Assembly (NCBI RefSeq): GCF_000002075.1 | Contig: NW_004798018.1 | Location: 157,154 to 221,153, forward strand | Reading direction: 5' to 3' | DNA length: 64,000 nucleotides | From: Aplysia californica | Lineage: Eukaryota | Shown: positions 22,899-37,000 of the stretch, in pieces | Layout of the letters: every line of letters starts with the position of its first letter | Position numbering within the stretch: the first letter of the stretch is position 1 | Program-made: the position numbers and the translations under genes | The notes under the pieces: model-generated | Database searches by the model: none | Told to the model about the DNA's origin: nothing | What the model saw: only the letters and a program-made list of their open reading frames with translations

Positions 22899-22904
22899 TT
22901 TATT
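22899..22904 (-). terminator. Candidate polyadenylation signal of TTC37
   Basis: AATAAA on the minus strand ~200 nt after the TAG stop at 23107. Confidence 0.45.
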
Positions 22905-23106
22905 TGTACCTGAACCTCTGATAAGGGTTCATAAGAAAAGTGTATAGATTTCAGAAAGCATCCAAAACAAATTATAGGGAGATTGTTTAAACTAATTCTT
23001 GAGAGGAGCGAGGTCCTCTTATCTGCTTATCAACAGATCAGTGTCATCGATGGCTGCTTCATTCCTCTCCAGACCAGAAATAACCGAGGATGCGACGTCC
23101 AGTCAT

Positions 23107-26100
23107 CTATTTATTGGCCTTCAGCTCCTTCACGAGCCTATCTAGGCCAGAGTCCTTGGAGGCTTTGCCGTCTTCTAACAAGGCCTGCAAATACAGACGG
23201 TGAAACAGTAGGGACATACTATCAAGATCCTGGTCAGATTGCACATTGAACAAAACTGAACATGTACATTGTGCTATTTTTAGATTTGTCAGAGCCTTAC
23301 ACATTACACTAACATCAAGATTAAGATAAGTTTAAAACAGTAGAAAATCATTTATTCTTACTCATGGAAATAATAAAAAAGTGGCACACTTTTTCTTGAC
23401 TATGAAAAGTAAAAAAGAGAAAAATGAAAAAAAGAGATGAGTGTCTGCTAATACGGAGATCATACAAAAAGTCTGAGTCGGGGAAAGCCAAGAAGACAGA
23501 CGGTAAAGGGACAAAGAGAACAGTTTGAGCAGGACTGCCATTGAGACAGACAGACTGGCAAAGGACAGGAGAGAGTTCAGTAACAGAGTTGGGACTGCAA
23601 CGTCAGGAGGAGGAAAATTCATCTCAAAGGACAGAGTGGGGGAGAAAAATCTCTGAGTGATTTGAACAAACCCCAGCATCAGATGGCAATAAGACAAGGA
23701 CCTCAGCACCTACATTTCAGCAGGATGTTGGAGAGAGAAAGGGAGAGATAAAAGAGACCAAAAAAAAAGACTCAGAGAGAGTGATAGAGAGAAAGAAAAC
23801 ACACTACTAAAGTAATTCCTGAATCAAGGATCTTCATTTCCTTGTCTGATAAATTCACGTTTCCAAAACTCCACCAAGGTCACAAACAGAGCGGAGACTT
23901 TCTTCCCCAAGACTTTTCCAAGAGTTTTCAAGACCAGATTTCTTTTTTCCAAGACAAATAACGATGCCACTTCGAAAGAAAATGTTTCGTTCAGCAAGCA
24001 AAAATACATATTATGGTATACTTCAGACTGCATAAAGTCCAGGCCCTCTAAACGTCGAGGAAATATTTTTTACAATAGATCTAGTTAAAAATTTATTTTT
24101 TAAGGACTTTTCTAAGAATCCTGCCAACTTCCCAAAATTCCAAGAGTTTTCCATGTCTTGGAAGATAAAAACAACATTCCAAGAGTTTTCCAGTTTTCCA
24201 AGACCTGTACGAACACTGACAGAGATAATTCCAGTCTATAAATATCATAACCCTCCCCCAAACATCAGCACATCTGACCTTGACCAGCTGTTGGTCGGAG
24301 TCCTTGGCCGAGTCCCACAGAAGCGACACGAGGCCCTGCCTGGACAGAGAGCTGACATATCCGACGTCCGTGCCAGCATCCACCTGGTCCAGAGCTGTGG
24401 CAAACAGGTGCTTGGCTAACCTGGGGGTGGACGACGGTTTGTTTGTTTGAGGGACAGAGGGACAGAGAATTACATCAACACAACTGTAGTGATGTCACTG
24501 TCAAACATGTTTAGGTTTAAGAGGTATAACTCAATAAGTCAGTGTCCAGTTGTCCTCATTCATTATTCTTAGTGACCACCCTTAACTGTCGTGAGTTGTC
24601 TTCGTCCTTTCATAGTGATTACTTTTGTCAGTGTTGTGAGCACTATATAAGCTTGAGACCATGTGGTCAGTGTCTCTTCCGAGCAGAACATGTGAACAGA
24701 GTATGTGCCAGTTGTTTTAAGTACTAAACTGCCTACCCTGACCAGATGTGCTTGTTGAATTTTATAACAACAGCCATTTTGTGCTGATTTTCACAAGTTA
24801 CGGTACAGAGTCTGTAGTCTTGTTGTTTCTTATAAGCAAGAACAACATAATTTCTTTGACAGGGGTGCTTTTCTGTATTACATTTAAACACCAGTATTCT
24901 TATTCTCTTTCAAAAGAAAGATTCATAATTCTTTCTTTGTAGCATAGAGAGTGTTTAACAGTCTCAACTGAAAAAGTCACAAAAAAGCAACACAATCTGT
25001 CAAAGCTCAAAACAAAGATGATCACAGTGCTCAGTCAACTTTTGGTCTGAAGACTCATGAATTGATGCATGTCGAAAAAGCTTACACATCATGGTTAAAC
25101 AAATAATATTCCCTAGGTATACAGCAAGATACCTAGAATACTGTGAACATTTCTGATCAAATGATCTACAGCATAAAAAACAAATGCAGAGCTGCCAACT
25201 TTTCGAAGCCAAAAAACAGAATCTAACTTTAACCAAGATGGTGATCGTTGGCCAAGTAACCCCCCTCCACAACCTCAACACACACTTTTCAGCATTTAAT
25301 AAATAGTTTGCTCTCCAACTGACTTATGGTCTTCGTTTTCTTTATTACGTAAATCTGGTCTTGAAAGTTCATAATTCTTTTCAACATCAGCCAGTGCATG
25401 AGGAGCATTACAAGAAAACAGAATACATATTTTCTGATCAGATATGTCAGACCCTCAAAAACGTATTCAATATGTTATTAAAGTACTGATTGGCAGCTAC
25501 AGCTATGCAGATGGTAACATTGCAGGCAACACAAACCTTTTATTGTCCTCTGTCCTCATGGCCTGTAAAGCGTTCACAATAGTAGACGAGATCTCCTTCT
25601 GTTTAAACGTCTGGGCCACTGTGTCGAGATTCTCTTTCAATACCTCACTGTCAGATTCCTGTACAAAAAGAAGGAAGAATTTTCTGAACAGCTGTGAAGT
25701 ACTTCACTGTGAAGCTGACAATCTCAAAGGCAATGCGCATGTTTTGCTGTCCCCGTCTATGCAAGAACAATTCTGAAATTATGCAAACTCAGCCCAAAAA
25801 TGTGAAATTATGCTATTCTGTTAATTTTAACAAAGAATGATAAAGGAAAATAATCAGAAATTAAGCAAAAAATCAAATTTTGCTAAATTAAGCGGGGTGC
25901 ATAAAACCACGGGGACAGGTTTTGGGTCAGTATCTGAAAAGTGATTTCATTTATTTTTACTTAAATACTTCCAATACTACACTATTTTTAAATATTTTGA
26001 ATTTCTATAAAAAAAAAGCTTTTCTTATTTGACTCTAAAAAACCCGAAAATCTAGACATTTTAGTGAATCAAAGCTCGCGTCAAGTCAGTTGCATAAAGA

Positions 26101-29100
26101 TACAAAACTATTCTTGAGAAACAAAGTCCACCATAGATCACAGAAAACATGGCACAAGCAGGGTGGCTACCGTACCTGCAGGCCTTTGTACGAGATGAAG
26201 GCACTTCTTTCCAACAAGCTTTTGTAGAAAGCAGCACTGTAGAAAAAAGATAACGAATTAGAAATGATTACCTGAAAATTTTATATTGAATTTATTTATT
26301 CAATAAAATAAATTTATAACTTGGATCGTTATTGCTTGAGTAGTTTACAAGACTGTTTCAATGTCAAAGTCACAGGAAGATTCTATTAGTGGCCCCAAAA
26401 CAGAAGGTATCCCTTATGAGTAGAGAACTAAGTTTTGAAAAACTTCCTTGTCCAGGGAAATTATGAAAACATAAAGCTGATGTGACTTACAGACTATCCT
26501 TAGGTTTGACTTGAGGGAAACAAAGATCTGAATTTTCTAGAATGGAACAATAATTTTTTTAAAAAGCAACAAACAAAGACCCCCCCCCCCCCCCCCCAAA
26601 AAAAAACAACCCCCCAACCCTACATACCTTATTTTTTCTTCTTTTCCTTTCACAAACTGTTTCAACAATGCCACAGCCTCTGTAAACTTGCCTTGGTCAA
26701 TCAACAGGGAAATGGCCAACTGAGGATTCAGATAAAAAAATTTGTCATTAGGATTTAGTAACGAGGGGCTCTGAAAGATAGAATAAGACCTGGCACATGT
26801 CGCGAACTCAAATTTTTGTATGCTTTTCATATAATAATTGTATAAAAATATACAATAAATCGTGGCTAATTCTTCATCCAACTCTTTTTGCACATGTTTT
26901 CTTGTTTTCATGAAAATGGAGAAATCAGGATTGGTGTGAGGATCAACCAATCAGCCACAAAGAGGATACTCAGAATAATAAACTGTTGAAATATTTCTCA
27001 ATTTCAAAAACACAGACTTCCTCATAATGAACAGGTCCTGACATCATGCTGAACCAAAATCTATTCAAATACCAACAATATCGATGACAGAGTGTCACAA
27101 CCAATAAGTTACTCACCACTAACGGGAGACTGTTTGCCTCAGAGACATGGTCCAGGCCAGAGTCCACGGTAGACGTGAGAGAATTCTGCACAAGTTTGTT
27201 GAAAGACGTCGGGTCTGGGAACTGTAACACACAATATTATCTGAGGCATTGAATTTTTTGACAAACAAACAAAAATCCAACAAAAATCAGCAGCTGATTT
27301 AACACTAACAGTACCGTTGGCGACAGCCCGTAATTTCCGCTCAGTACTGCTGGCGACAACGACCAGGCACAGTAAACAGCGAACGGAACTTCTCCACGGA
27401 AGTAAATATCAAGGGAAATCACTCTATGTGATAGCTGAATCGTTGATATAGCGCTTCGAATTTTTTAAGTGCGTTTCTTGAGCTGTGAAGGTTTTAAAAA
27501 CATATTTTTGTTCTATCATGGCTTCAGCGTTCCCAGATCGCTCTATCTAGATCTAGAAATTCAGGTGGGCGTGCCTACCTTCTCCAAACGGAATGGGAGT
27601 TTTTTCATGATGTCTATATGTCGCAAAAAATATTTTTCTATAAAGAACATTTGTTTCAGAATATATGTTGAAAATTTCATGTAATTCTGTCAATGACTTT
27701 TGTTTCAAAGAATTTTTTTGTAACGTACCCTTATTATTTTGTTGGCTTCTAAATCGGTGCGGCACTCAAGGGCTTTTCACGATATGACCCTGCGGTACTG
27801 TAAGTGTTAACTGATTACAGTAGTCTCCACCTAAACGCATGGTACTCGGGAGGGGCCCTAAGCGTGTGTTTATACGGAGCGTACGTTTACATGAACCTGT
27901 GCAAAGAGAGGAAGATACGTAATGATGTAATTTCCTTGATATTTTAGTGACCTTACTTGTGGGGTGAGGGTCACTTTGGTCGATAATGTGACGACACGTG
28001 ATTGTTTTGTGTAGGATTTCTCGACTGCGGTTAGATACAAAGACGTTGAGCGGGGGCAGAACAGACCCAGTTTAATTATATGCACCATAAAATTTCGGGA
28101 ACAGATAGCCTAAGAGGAAACGGTTGGTGATAGTCATAGAGACGACAGACCAGCCACGTGGCTTTCCAAGCGACCGCCCCGACAGTAAATTCATGCAGAA
28201 TCATCCTCGAGAAACATTTTATCTTGTGATTCGTTGAACAAGTAGATCTACGTTATAAGTTCTTCGAGCGCAATTTATTAGGCTTACTTGGCTAATCTTT
28301 AATTCTATAGAAGCCTGTCTAGTGTTTTACGACATTTACGCATTTCGCGCATCAGGTCTAGATCTAACTAAACATTACACGCAGTCACTCAAACTCAAAC
28401 GCCAGTCAGAAACCTTCTCTTAAAGATCATACATTTCCAGTGACCAATCAAAAGACATTTCAGTCCCCCCAATCCCATCCACCCCCCCACCCCAACATTT
28501 AACCGACCAGCCCGAGACCTATGCGTCAGTGGAAAGTAGGGTGTGTAAACGCTGTCTATCACTCTCTTTGTCCGGTGTGAGGGGCACTCTCACCAAATAT
28601 CCGGTTTTCGAGTAAATTCTAGGCTTGTCTTATGCAGGCTGTGCAGGTTGTAGTGAAAATTTCCCCTTGCCAAGCTTAACTTGTCGGCGTATTTCACGGA
28701 TCGGAGTGTGCGTTTACAGGGAGTGACCGTGCGTTTGTACGTCTAAATTATATCGTAAAAAACCCGTCACATGACGAAAGCGTGCGTTTGAGCGGATGGT
28801 GCTTTTGCATTGCGTGCTTTAGGTGGAGAATACCGTATCAACATCCCAGTCTCACTTAAGATAAATCTCGGTTCCAAAGGCTGGATAAAACATGCATCAT
28901 CCCTGCCTGCCTTCCTTCCTTATTTTTTTCTTCATTTTTATCACTGGACTAAGTTGTAAGCCTTAAAAAAAACCCCAATTATTTGCGTTTAGTATACAGT
29001 TCAACTTACACAAAAAAATAATAAGCAGATGGTAAACAATAAGCTGACAGATGGGGAAAAACGCAGCTGATGGCATTTAGATAGCAGTCACACGGTTGAA

Positions 29101-32100
29101 AAGTAGCATAAACTTAACTCTTGAGAAAATTTAGTCTTAAAGGTTTTTAAATTTATGCACAAAAATATTAATTGTAAAATTGTCCAATGTTTCACTATAT
29201 TTCCTCCTCAGAAATGTGTAAGTTAATCAAGATACACAATACACATATACAGAGTAGACAAGACAAAGATTTAATGATGATCATCTGTGTGTCCAACCTC
29301 AGAGAGAAGCTTGGCCTGAGCTGTTGCCATCTGGACATCACCGGCCAAAATCCTGTTGACCACTGAGTGCTGCAGGAACCAAGTCTTTAGCTCAGGAGAC
29401 AAATCTTCTAGAGTAAAGAAAGAACATACAATAGTATAACTAAAAGTTTTTTTGTTTTTTTTATAGAGGGTTTTACGGTGCTCGCAACTGCATAAGGTCA
29501 TATGAGCGCCAAGAGGTGGATGTCAACAGAGAAGTCTTTACAGGGAATCAGACTTATTCTGCTCACCTCTCTAACTTGTGTCTGCTTCGACTATCAAGGC
29601 ACCCCAAAAATAGCAGGTCACAAGAGAGTGACAAACATACAAAAGAAGTAGAGGAAAAATGACAATAGTGAGGATTAGGAAAGAAAAAGCAGCAGTTCCC
29701 TGTTGTAGATTAGGCACAGTTATGAGCGTGACATGAATCAGCCCATTTACAATTCTACTGTGCTTGAACGAGAAATGTCCCCCCTTTGGGAATGGCCTAA
29801 AGACACTACAGTCAGTGGCACCGCCCCGGGGAAGTAACCAAGAGAAAAACTACAGAAAAAATTTGAAAAGTAAACAAAATAGAGTTTGAACAACTGTTAA
29901 ACTGGAACATTTTTTTCAAAAAGTTACAATGTAACCATCCCCTGCATGCACCAACATACATGCTTGAAAGTGCCATGTCAAAAACACAACCTTAAGGGAT
30001 AGATGATGGAGATCCACTCACCTTTATTCAAAAGGAGAGAAAGCAAATCTTGTTCAACCTGGAGAAGGTCAGAGTTTCCGTGTAACGCCAGCCTCAGCAC
30101 CGCCTCCGCATGCACAGCACTCACAAACGTACTCTGGGCTGACACTGATCCTGAACCCAAGGAGAGAGGAAAACAAAATTATTGATAAGAAATTATCAAT
30201 AGCTTGCAATAGCAACTAAAGAAAAACTGTTGATACCACTTAATGTCACAGGAATGAAGAAACAAATACAACATGCTTTTAGTTTTAGAAAAGGTTTTAT
30301 GGCATTAACAACACTCATCACTCATACGTCAAGTAAGAAGGAAGGTAGAAAAATGCTAGGCACAAGTTTACCAACCTGGGTTAAGGTGGAAAGCCCTCTG
30401 GGCTGACCTCAGAGCGTTCTTGCTTCTGTCTTGTCGACTGTGGTGACCTGCCAACATCTGAGCCCGGCACTGTAGCAAGACGTCATTCAACTGAAAGTAC
30501 AGAAACCGTTTGTTTGCTTCAGCTAGAGTCTATGAAAATATGGACATTATTGTGATAATGGTATTATATAAGAGCTGGGGAAAAAGCAAGACAGAAATGG
30601 TCATTTATAGTTGTGAAAACACAGTACAGAAATGTCATTCAGAGTTTGGAAAACACAAGACTGAAATGGTCATTTAGAGTCTAAAAAGCACAAGACTGAA
30701 ATGGTCATTTAGAGTCTAAAAAACACAAGACTGTAATGGTCATTTAGAGTCTAAAAAACACAAGACTGAAGTGGTCATTTAGAGTCTAAAAAACACAAGA
30801 CTGAAGTGGTAATTTAGAGTCTAAAAAACACAAGACTGAAGTGGTAATTTAGAGTCTAAAAAACACAAGACTGAAGTGGTCATTTAGAGTTTAGAAAACA
30901 CAAGACAGAAAAAATCGAGGGAGAATCAACTCAGTAAGACAGTCAGGACATTTCTGCTATCAGCATCACATAAAAATAATTTTTTTGCTATCAGCGTGAC
31001 ATGGCACACAAACACATCAGTCAAGACTCACACAGTCAGCGTCAGAGCCGAGGCTGAGTGCCGTGACACAGCACTCCGAGGCAGCAGGACCCTGGTCTGG
31101 GCTGACCAGCAGGATGTAGCTGGACAATAGTGACCACAAGCTCGCCTCCTCTGGGTAGGTCTCAACCAACTCACGCATGTACGTCTCCCCGCCAGCTTTG
31201 TCATTCTGTGGTGGAGGTGGCGGGAGGGGGGTGGAGTGGGGAGGGGTGGGGGGTTGGAGGAGGGGTAAATATATCTGATGAGTTACAAAATTTGAGAGAG
31301 GAAAGTGGGGACAAAAACGGCACAGTGACACAGGAAAGCTGCAAGTAACTGTTCTGAAGCGGTCACTTCTTTGTCCTATTATTAAACAGAAAGAATATTC
31401 ATCTTTTTAACTGAAAATATATTTAAATTTTCAGCATCTGACGACACTAGCACAGAAATTTTTGCAATGACTTTACAACTTTCCATTCAGTAAAACTGTT
31501 TTTGATTTGACTAATTAAATGTGAGGCATGCTGACAAAATGAGTTACTTTTCGCAATCCACGTTATTGGTTGAAAATCAGCACTGGGGTCAAAATACATG
31601 TTGTCCAAAATATAGATTTTCAACTGACACTATTTTCTTCAACTTTAACATATCTTTTGTCAAATTCTTTCTAATACATTATATGAACTTCAAATATAAA
31701 TTTGATGTAACAATGTCCGTAGAGCTAAAATCCGAGAAGTAACTCATTTTGTCAGCACCCCTAATAAACGTTAACAAACATGAGCAAAAGTATGTCAGGC
31801 ACCTGAGCCATAAACCTGAAGAGACAGAGCAATGCGATTTGTCGCAGGTACTTGTCCTTGTCTCCGAGCTTGGAGAGTTCCTCCAGCACAGCCGAGGCCA
31901 GAGTGAGGTCCCCTTGCAGCAGACCCAGCGCACAGAGAGCCAGGAGGCCCTGGACCGATGGCTGCGACGTCTGGAAGCTGGAAAAAAACAACAGCAATAG
32001 ATAAGGAAAATGTAATTCCTCTTTGCTCTTAAGAGATTTTTATACATATACATACATAGGCGGTGCTGAGGCTGGCGTTACACGGAAACTCTGACCTTCT

Positions 32101-33965
32101 CCAGGTTGAACAAGATTTGCTTTCTCTCCTTTTGAATAAAGGTGAGTGGATCTCCATCATCTATCCCTTAAGGTTGTGTTTTTGACATGGCATTTTCAAG
32201 CATGTATGTTGGTGCATGCAGGGGATGGTTACATTGTAACTTTTTGAGAAAAAAATTTCCAGTTTAACAGTTGTTCAAACTCTATTTTGTTTATACTTTT
32301 CAAATTTTTTCTGTAGTTTTTCTCTTAGTTACTTCCCCGGGGCGGTGCCACTGACTGTAGTGTCTTTAGGCCATTCCCAAAGGGGGGACATTTCTCGTTC
32401 AAGCACAGTAGAATTGTAAATGGGNNNNNNNNNNNNNNNNNNNNNNNNNNNNNNNNNNNNNNNNNNNNNNNNNNNNNNNNNNNNNNNNNNNNNNNNNNNN
32501 NNNNNNNNNNNNNNNNNNNNNNNNNNNNNNNNNNNNNNNNNNNNNNNNNNNNNNNNNNNNNNNNNNNNNNNNNNNNNTTTATGTACTCATGTCGCTTAAT
32601 TTTTAATTTTAAGAAGTGATGTGTTTTGTGATGTAATGCACATTGAGCATTTTTTAGAAAACGGAAACGAGCAGCATAAATGCTATTTATTATCATTATT
32701 AAGAGGAATTATAATTTATAGGATAGCTTGTATAGAATGGATCATGTGCATCAACTTTTATCTGTCGAGGGACGCAACTTTGTACAGCTTAGATATGACT
32801 GCTATATAATTGAGATGCATTTTGACTGAGCTGTGTTTACTTACAAGTGTTGTGAGTAATGTGTGCAGTCTATAGAAACTGCAGAAGTAATACTTAGCCA
32901 TGTCTTGTTTAAATTTTTAAAATCTTAAATATATGTTTTTTTTACATGTTCATCAACACAATTTAAATCATTTGGGAGGTGGTCTTCGACCCTGCCTGTC
33001 AGGATCAACTTGAACCCAAAGGGATACAATGTCCAAACAAAAAGACTGAGACACTGAATTAAAATTCTACAGAAACGTGAAATGAGCCCAGGTCTGCAAG
33101 CACTCACTCCACCAAAGATGCCATAAGCCACTCTTATGACAAGTGAGATATTCCCATATCCTCTACAAAGCGAATTTTAACTTCCATCACCGTTTTGACA
33201 TTGACATATTTCAGGTGTACCTGCTAAACAGCTGTGACTTAGCTCCATCCATATCCTTGAACTTGTAGGCTGCCATGCCCAGAGCCGCGTGCACGTTGGA
33301 GCGTTCTTGATCTGAGCGTGCCTGCTCCAGTGCCTTCTCTAAAACTGAAATAGACAAAAACCTCAGCTAACATTTCAAAACAAAAAATACTGGTATGGTC
33401 ACTGAACCATAGTTTGAGCTGGCTTAAGTAAAAGTAATTCACAAATTCTGATAAGCATTGTTCAGTGATCCTCCATGATTGCAATTTACAGAAGATTGTT
33501 TAGTCTTTTACACCGAGATAATAAAATTCATGTCAACAGAAAAAGCTCAACAGCTTTCACAAGAGGTGCTTCGCCAGGACTCTTAGAGCATCATAGCAAG
33601 ACACGACAACCAACAACGGTAAAGTTTAGAGGTAAAATACAAAGACTTAAGAGTTCCCACTGTATTTTCACACTCATGTATCACAGTTAGATGACTGGAA
33701 CACTTTTGCCACATGGAAGACTAAAGGGTACCCAAAAAATCTGCTCTTTGAAGAACTACACAATGGAATGAGCAAAAAAGGTTGTCTGGTGAGATACGAA
33801 AAAATTGCCCCCATGCAATTGGTGTCACCTTGCTTCCACGTCTTGAAACAGTAACATCAGCTTTATTTCGAAATGCAATAGTCAGAATTGTCAAAGACAG
33901 CCAACCATTGTCGAGGAAAAAAGTAGTTGCCCTAGAAAGGTGAATATCATTGACACTGGACAGGG

Positions 33966-34007
<42 letters not shown>

Positions 34008-37000
34008 AATTTTTAAAAAAATTCTTTATTTAAAATTTTTTTTTTTTTAAAATGCAAGGGAGGAAATAGGGAATAGCCATTTGTTCAGGTGGTTGTCTTT
34101 CACAGGTAACTGTCACAACAAGTTCAACTGTACTTAGATTCTTTATTTAGAGTTAGACATTGAGTGCTTTCCTATACCCAAGTAATGACCCTGCTGTCCT
34201 TACCATTGAAAGCCTCAACAAGTTTGTCCGAGTGATACAAGGCCAGCCCGTACAGACACGTGTGCTCCATCTGTGCCGACAGGTCACACTGGCCATACAA
34301 ACTGACAGACTCGTCGTACTTGCCATGAGAGCTGGAGATAGAGATTGGAAGCATGTACAAAGAAGAAAGAGATAGAGATTGTGTGATGCGAGTATATGGC
34401 ATAATGTACATGTCATGTAAGCATTACATATACTTTCCAGCGATGGATCACCATCGAGTATCTGAACTTATCTAAGAATATTACTAGGCCAGTGATACAA
34501 TAAGAATGAATATTATCCCACATAAATTTTTTTGCAACTGGTTGATTACAAGCAAATGACGTAAGTTTCTCCAAAGATCTATGAAGAAAAGGACGAAACA
34601 TTTGTACATTACTTTAAGGTCTTAATATATAAACAACCTTCATACAAAAACTTGTAACCATGTATAAGAAAAATGGGAAAACTTCTTAATATAATAGACA
34701 CTTAGCTATAAAGTGCAGTTTTCTACGACGAGTATCTCAAAAACATTTCTCTCATGAATACCTCAGCTACAACTAATACATAATTCAGTTCAATATAGGT
34801 TTCAGCAGTATACCTTACATGTCCAGTATTTTTTTCCCCAAAGACTCAACGGACAATGAACTATCACTGCTCTATATGCTGCCTCCTCCAAGCTGTTTTG
34901 TCCACTAATAGAAACATTGAACATTAAGCCCAGAACTCACCACAAATTTCTGGCTAGGTTCAGCCTCACATCATTTACCCTGGACTGATCAGCCCCATCT
35001 TGCAACAACACCAGAGCCCTGCCATAAAATAACAAAAATGAGCGATAATTGTCATTGCAGAGAGGAGAAAAATAGCAACAGTCATTTAAAAGAGGGTAAA
35101 AATGAGCAACTGTCAATAACTAAAGTTGACCACAGTCATCACACCAAAGACTTTAATCAAAATTTCGAATTATTTGGGGACAACAAAAAACCAGTTCCAC
35201 TGTGGGGCAGAATTAACAATGGCTCATCTTGAGACCAGGAAGATAGGACTGACAATAACATTAGCACATTAATGTAATCAGAAAACTAGTCACATAATTC
35301 TTCACTCCATTAATGAATGACATATTAATCTCTGAAAAGACAAAAAAACAACAACCCCAAAACATACCAAACAAATCAAGCACACTGAGTTTTGAAAACC
35401 AGATTGCGTCAAATATATATATATGAATGGGCATGAGCAAAAAAACTATCTAAAAACCCCTTTATTTCCCAGTGAACAGTATATGATTTGTCATTAGAAT
35501 TTACTTTTCATAAGCCTCTGTTGCAGATTGGAAAAATTTCTGGTGTTCCAGCAACAACCCAAGCATGTTGTAGGCCACAGAATCTGTCTTGATACGACCT
35601 GAAAGACGGATTTATATTGCATCTCATTTTTATGTCTACATACCCAAATAGACAAACACACACTCATGTACACATAAAGAAGCAAATACACATAAGTATG
35701 CATACTAAAATATCTCCCTCCTTTGACTGATGCCTTAAACAAAAAATTTCTAAACTTTTTATCGAAGAGAATCCTGAGTAAAAATGTATACTCCCAAAAA
35801 TAAAAAAAATAAAGAGCCACTTCCATTAGTGAATATATGAGTAATATTCACACCCCACAATGCATCTTGACACTTTCCTCTTTAATTTTACTTAATTCCA
35901 TGACAAGAACATCTCAAGATCTCTTCAACTGTAACTTCACACACTAGAAAAGAAGTTTAAAAAAAAACCACTGATCAATCTTTACTTGTGTATCTAATGA
36001 GGGCGTCGCAGGCTGCAGGCACAGCGGCCATCTGCTGTATACAGTAGTGGAACAGCTCTGACGACCTCTTCTCCTGGTCTCCTAGTGTGGTCACCACCCA
36101 CTGACCATAGCCCAGAGCACTCTCCAGCTGGGGAAATAAAACATACAACAAACTTGGTTGAAATTCTTTGCCATATCAACAGGCCGAAGGGCTAGAACTC
36201 AAATGACCGCTGGATCAGAAAAGTACAAGTTGGTTGTCTACACAATATACAAAATGAAACAATAATAATAGAAAATTATTATGGAGTACGCTTTTATAGC
36301 AACTTGGAAGCCTTTAAGTCAGCCACAGCATTGTTTAGGACATATGGTGTTGCCAAATGAAGAATGAGGAAGACTGGGAAGACAAAAAGCATATCTCAGT
36401 GGTACCCTCCAGGTTACTACAAGCACAAGTCATGTAACAGCTGCGTCAGNNNNNNNNNNNNNNNNNNNNNNNNNNNNNNNNNNNNNNNNNNNNNNNNNNN
36501 NNNNNNNNNNNNNNNNNNNNNNNNNNNNNNNNNNNNNNNNNNNNNNNNNCCCCACTCACGTGTACTCCCAGCTCTGTCGTGTGTCGGAACAGATCCATCG
36601 CTTCTTCGTGGCCAACGACTTCAGCAATCAAAGCCTGCACAAGGGATGAACAAGAATGTAGTCAATTTAGTTTCAGCAGAGATCTCTATTGTATCACATG
36701 CATAACACTGAGGGTATCCTTGGAAAGGGAGTTTCTTATATTCTCTTAGTTTCATCTTACTATAAACTTGAACAAGATGGGTGACAATGACAAAAAATTT
36801 GTGAATGAAAGTGCTTCTAACATGCTGTCATAACGTACATCCATTGTGGAATATATTAAAAAGCACTGGCCAGCTCAGGGAGTGATAGTGACATCATGAC
36901 ATGAGCCTCCCATCAGACACAACACAAGACTACAAACATTCCACTACATATATCTGTGCTCCAATTAATAAGAGTTCATTGTCATCCAGAAAAAGAAAAA

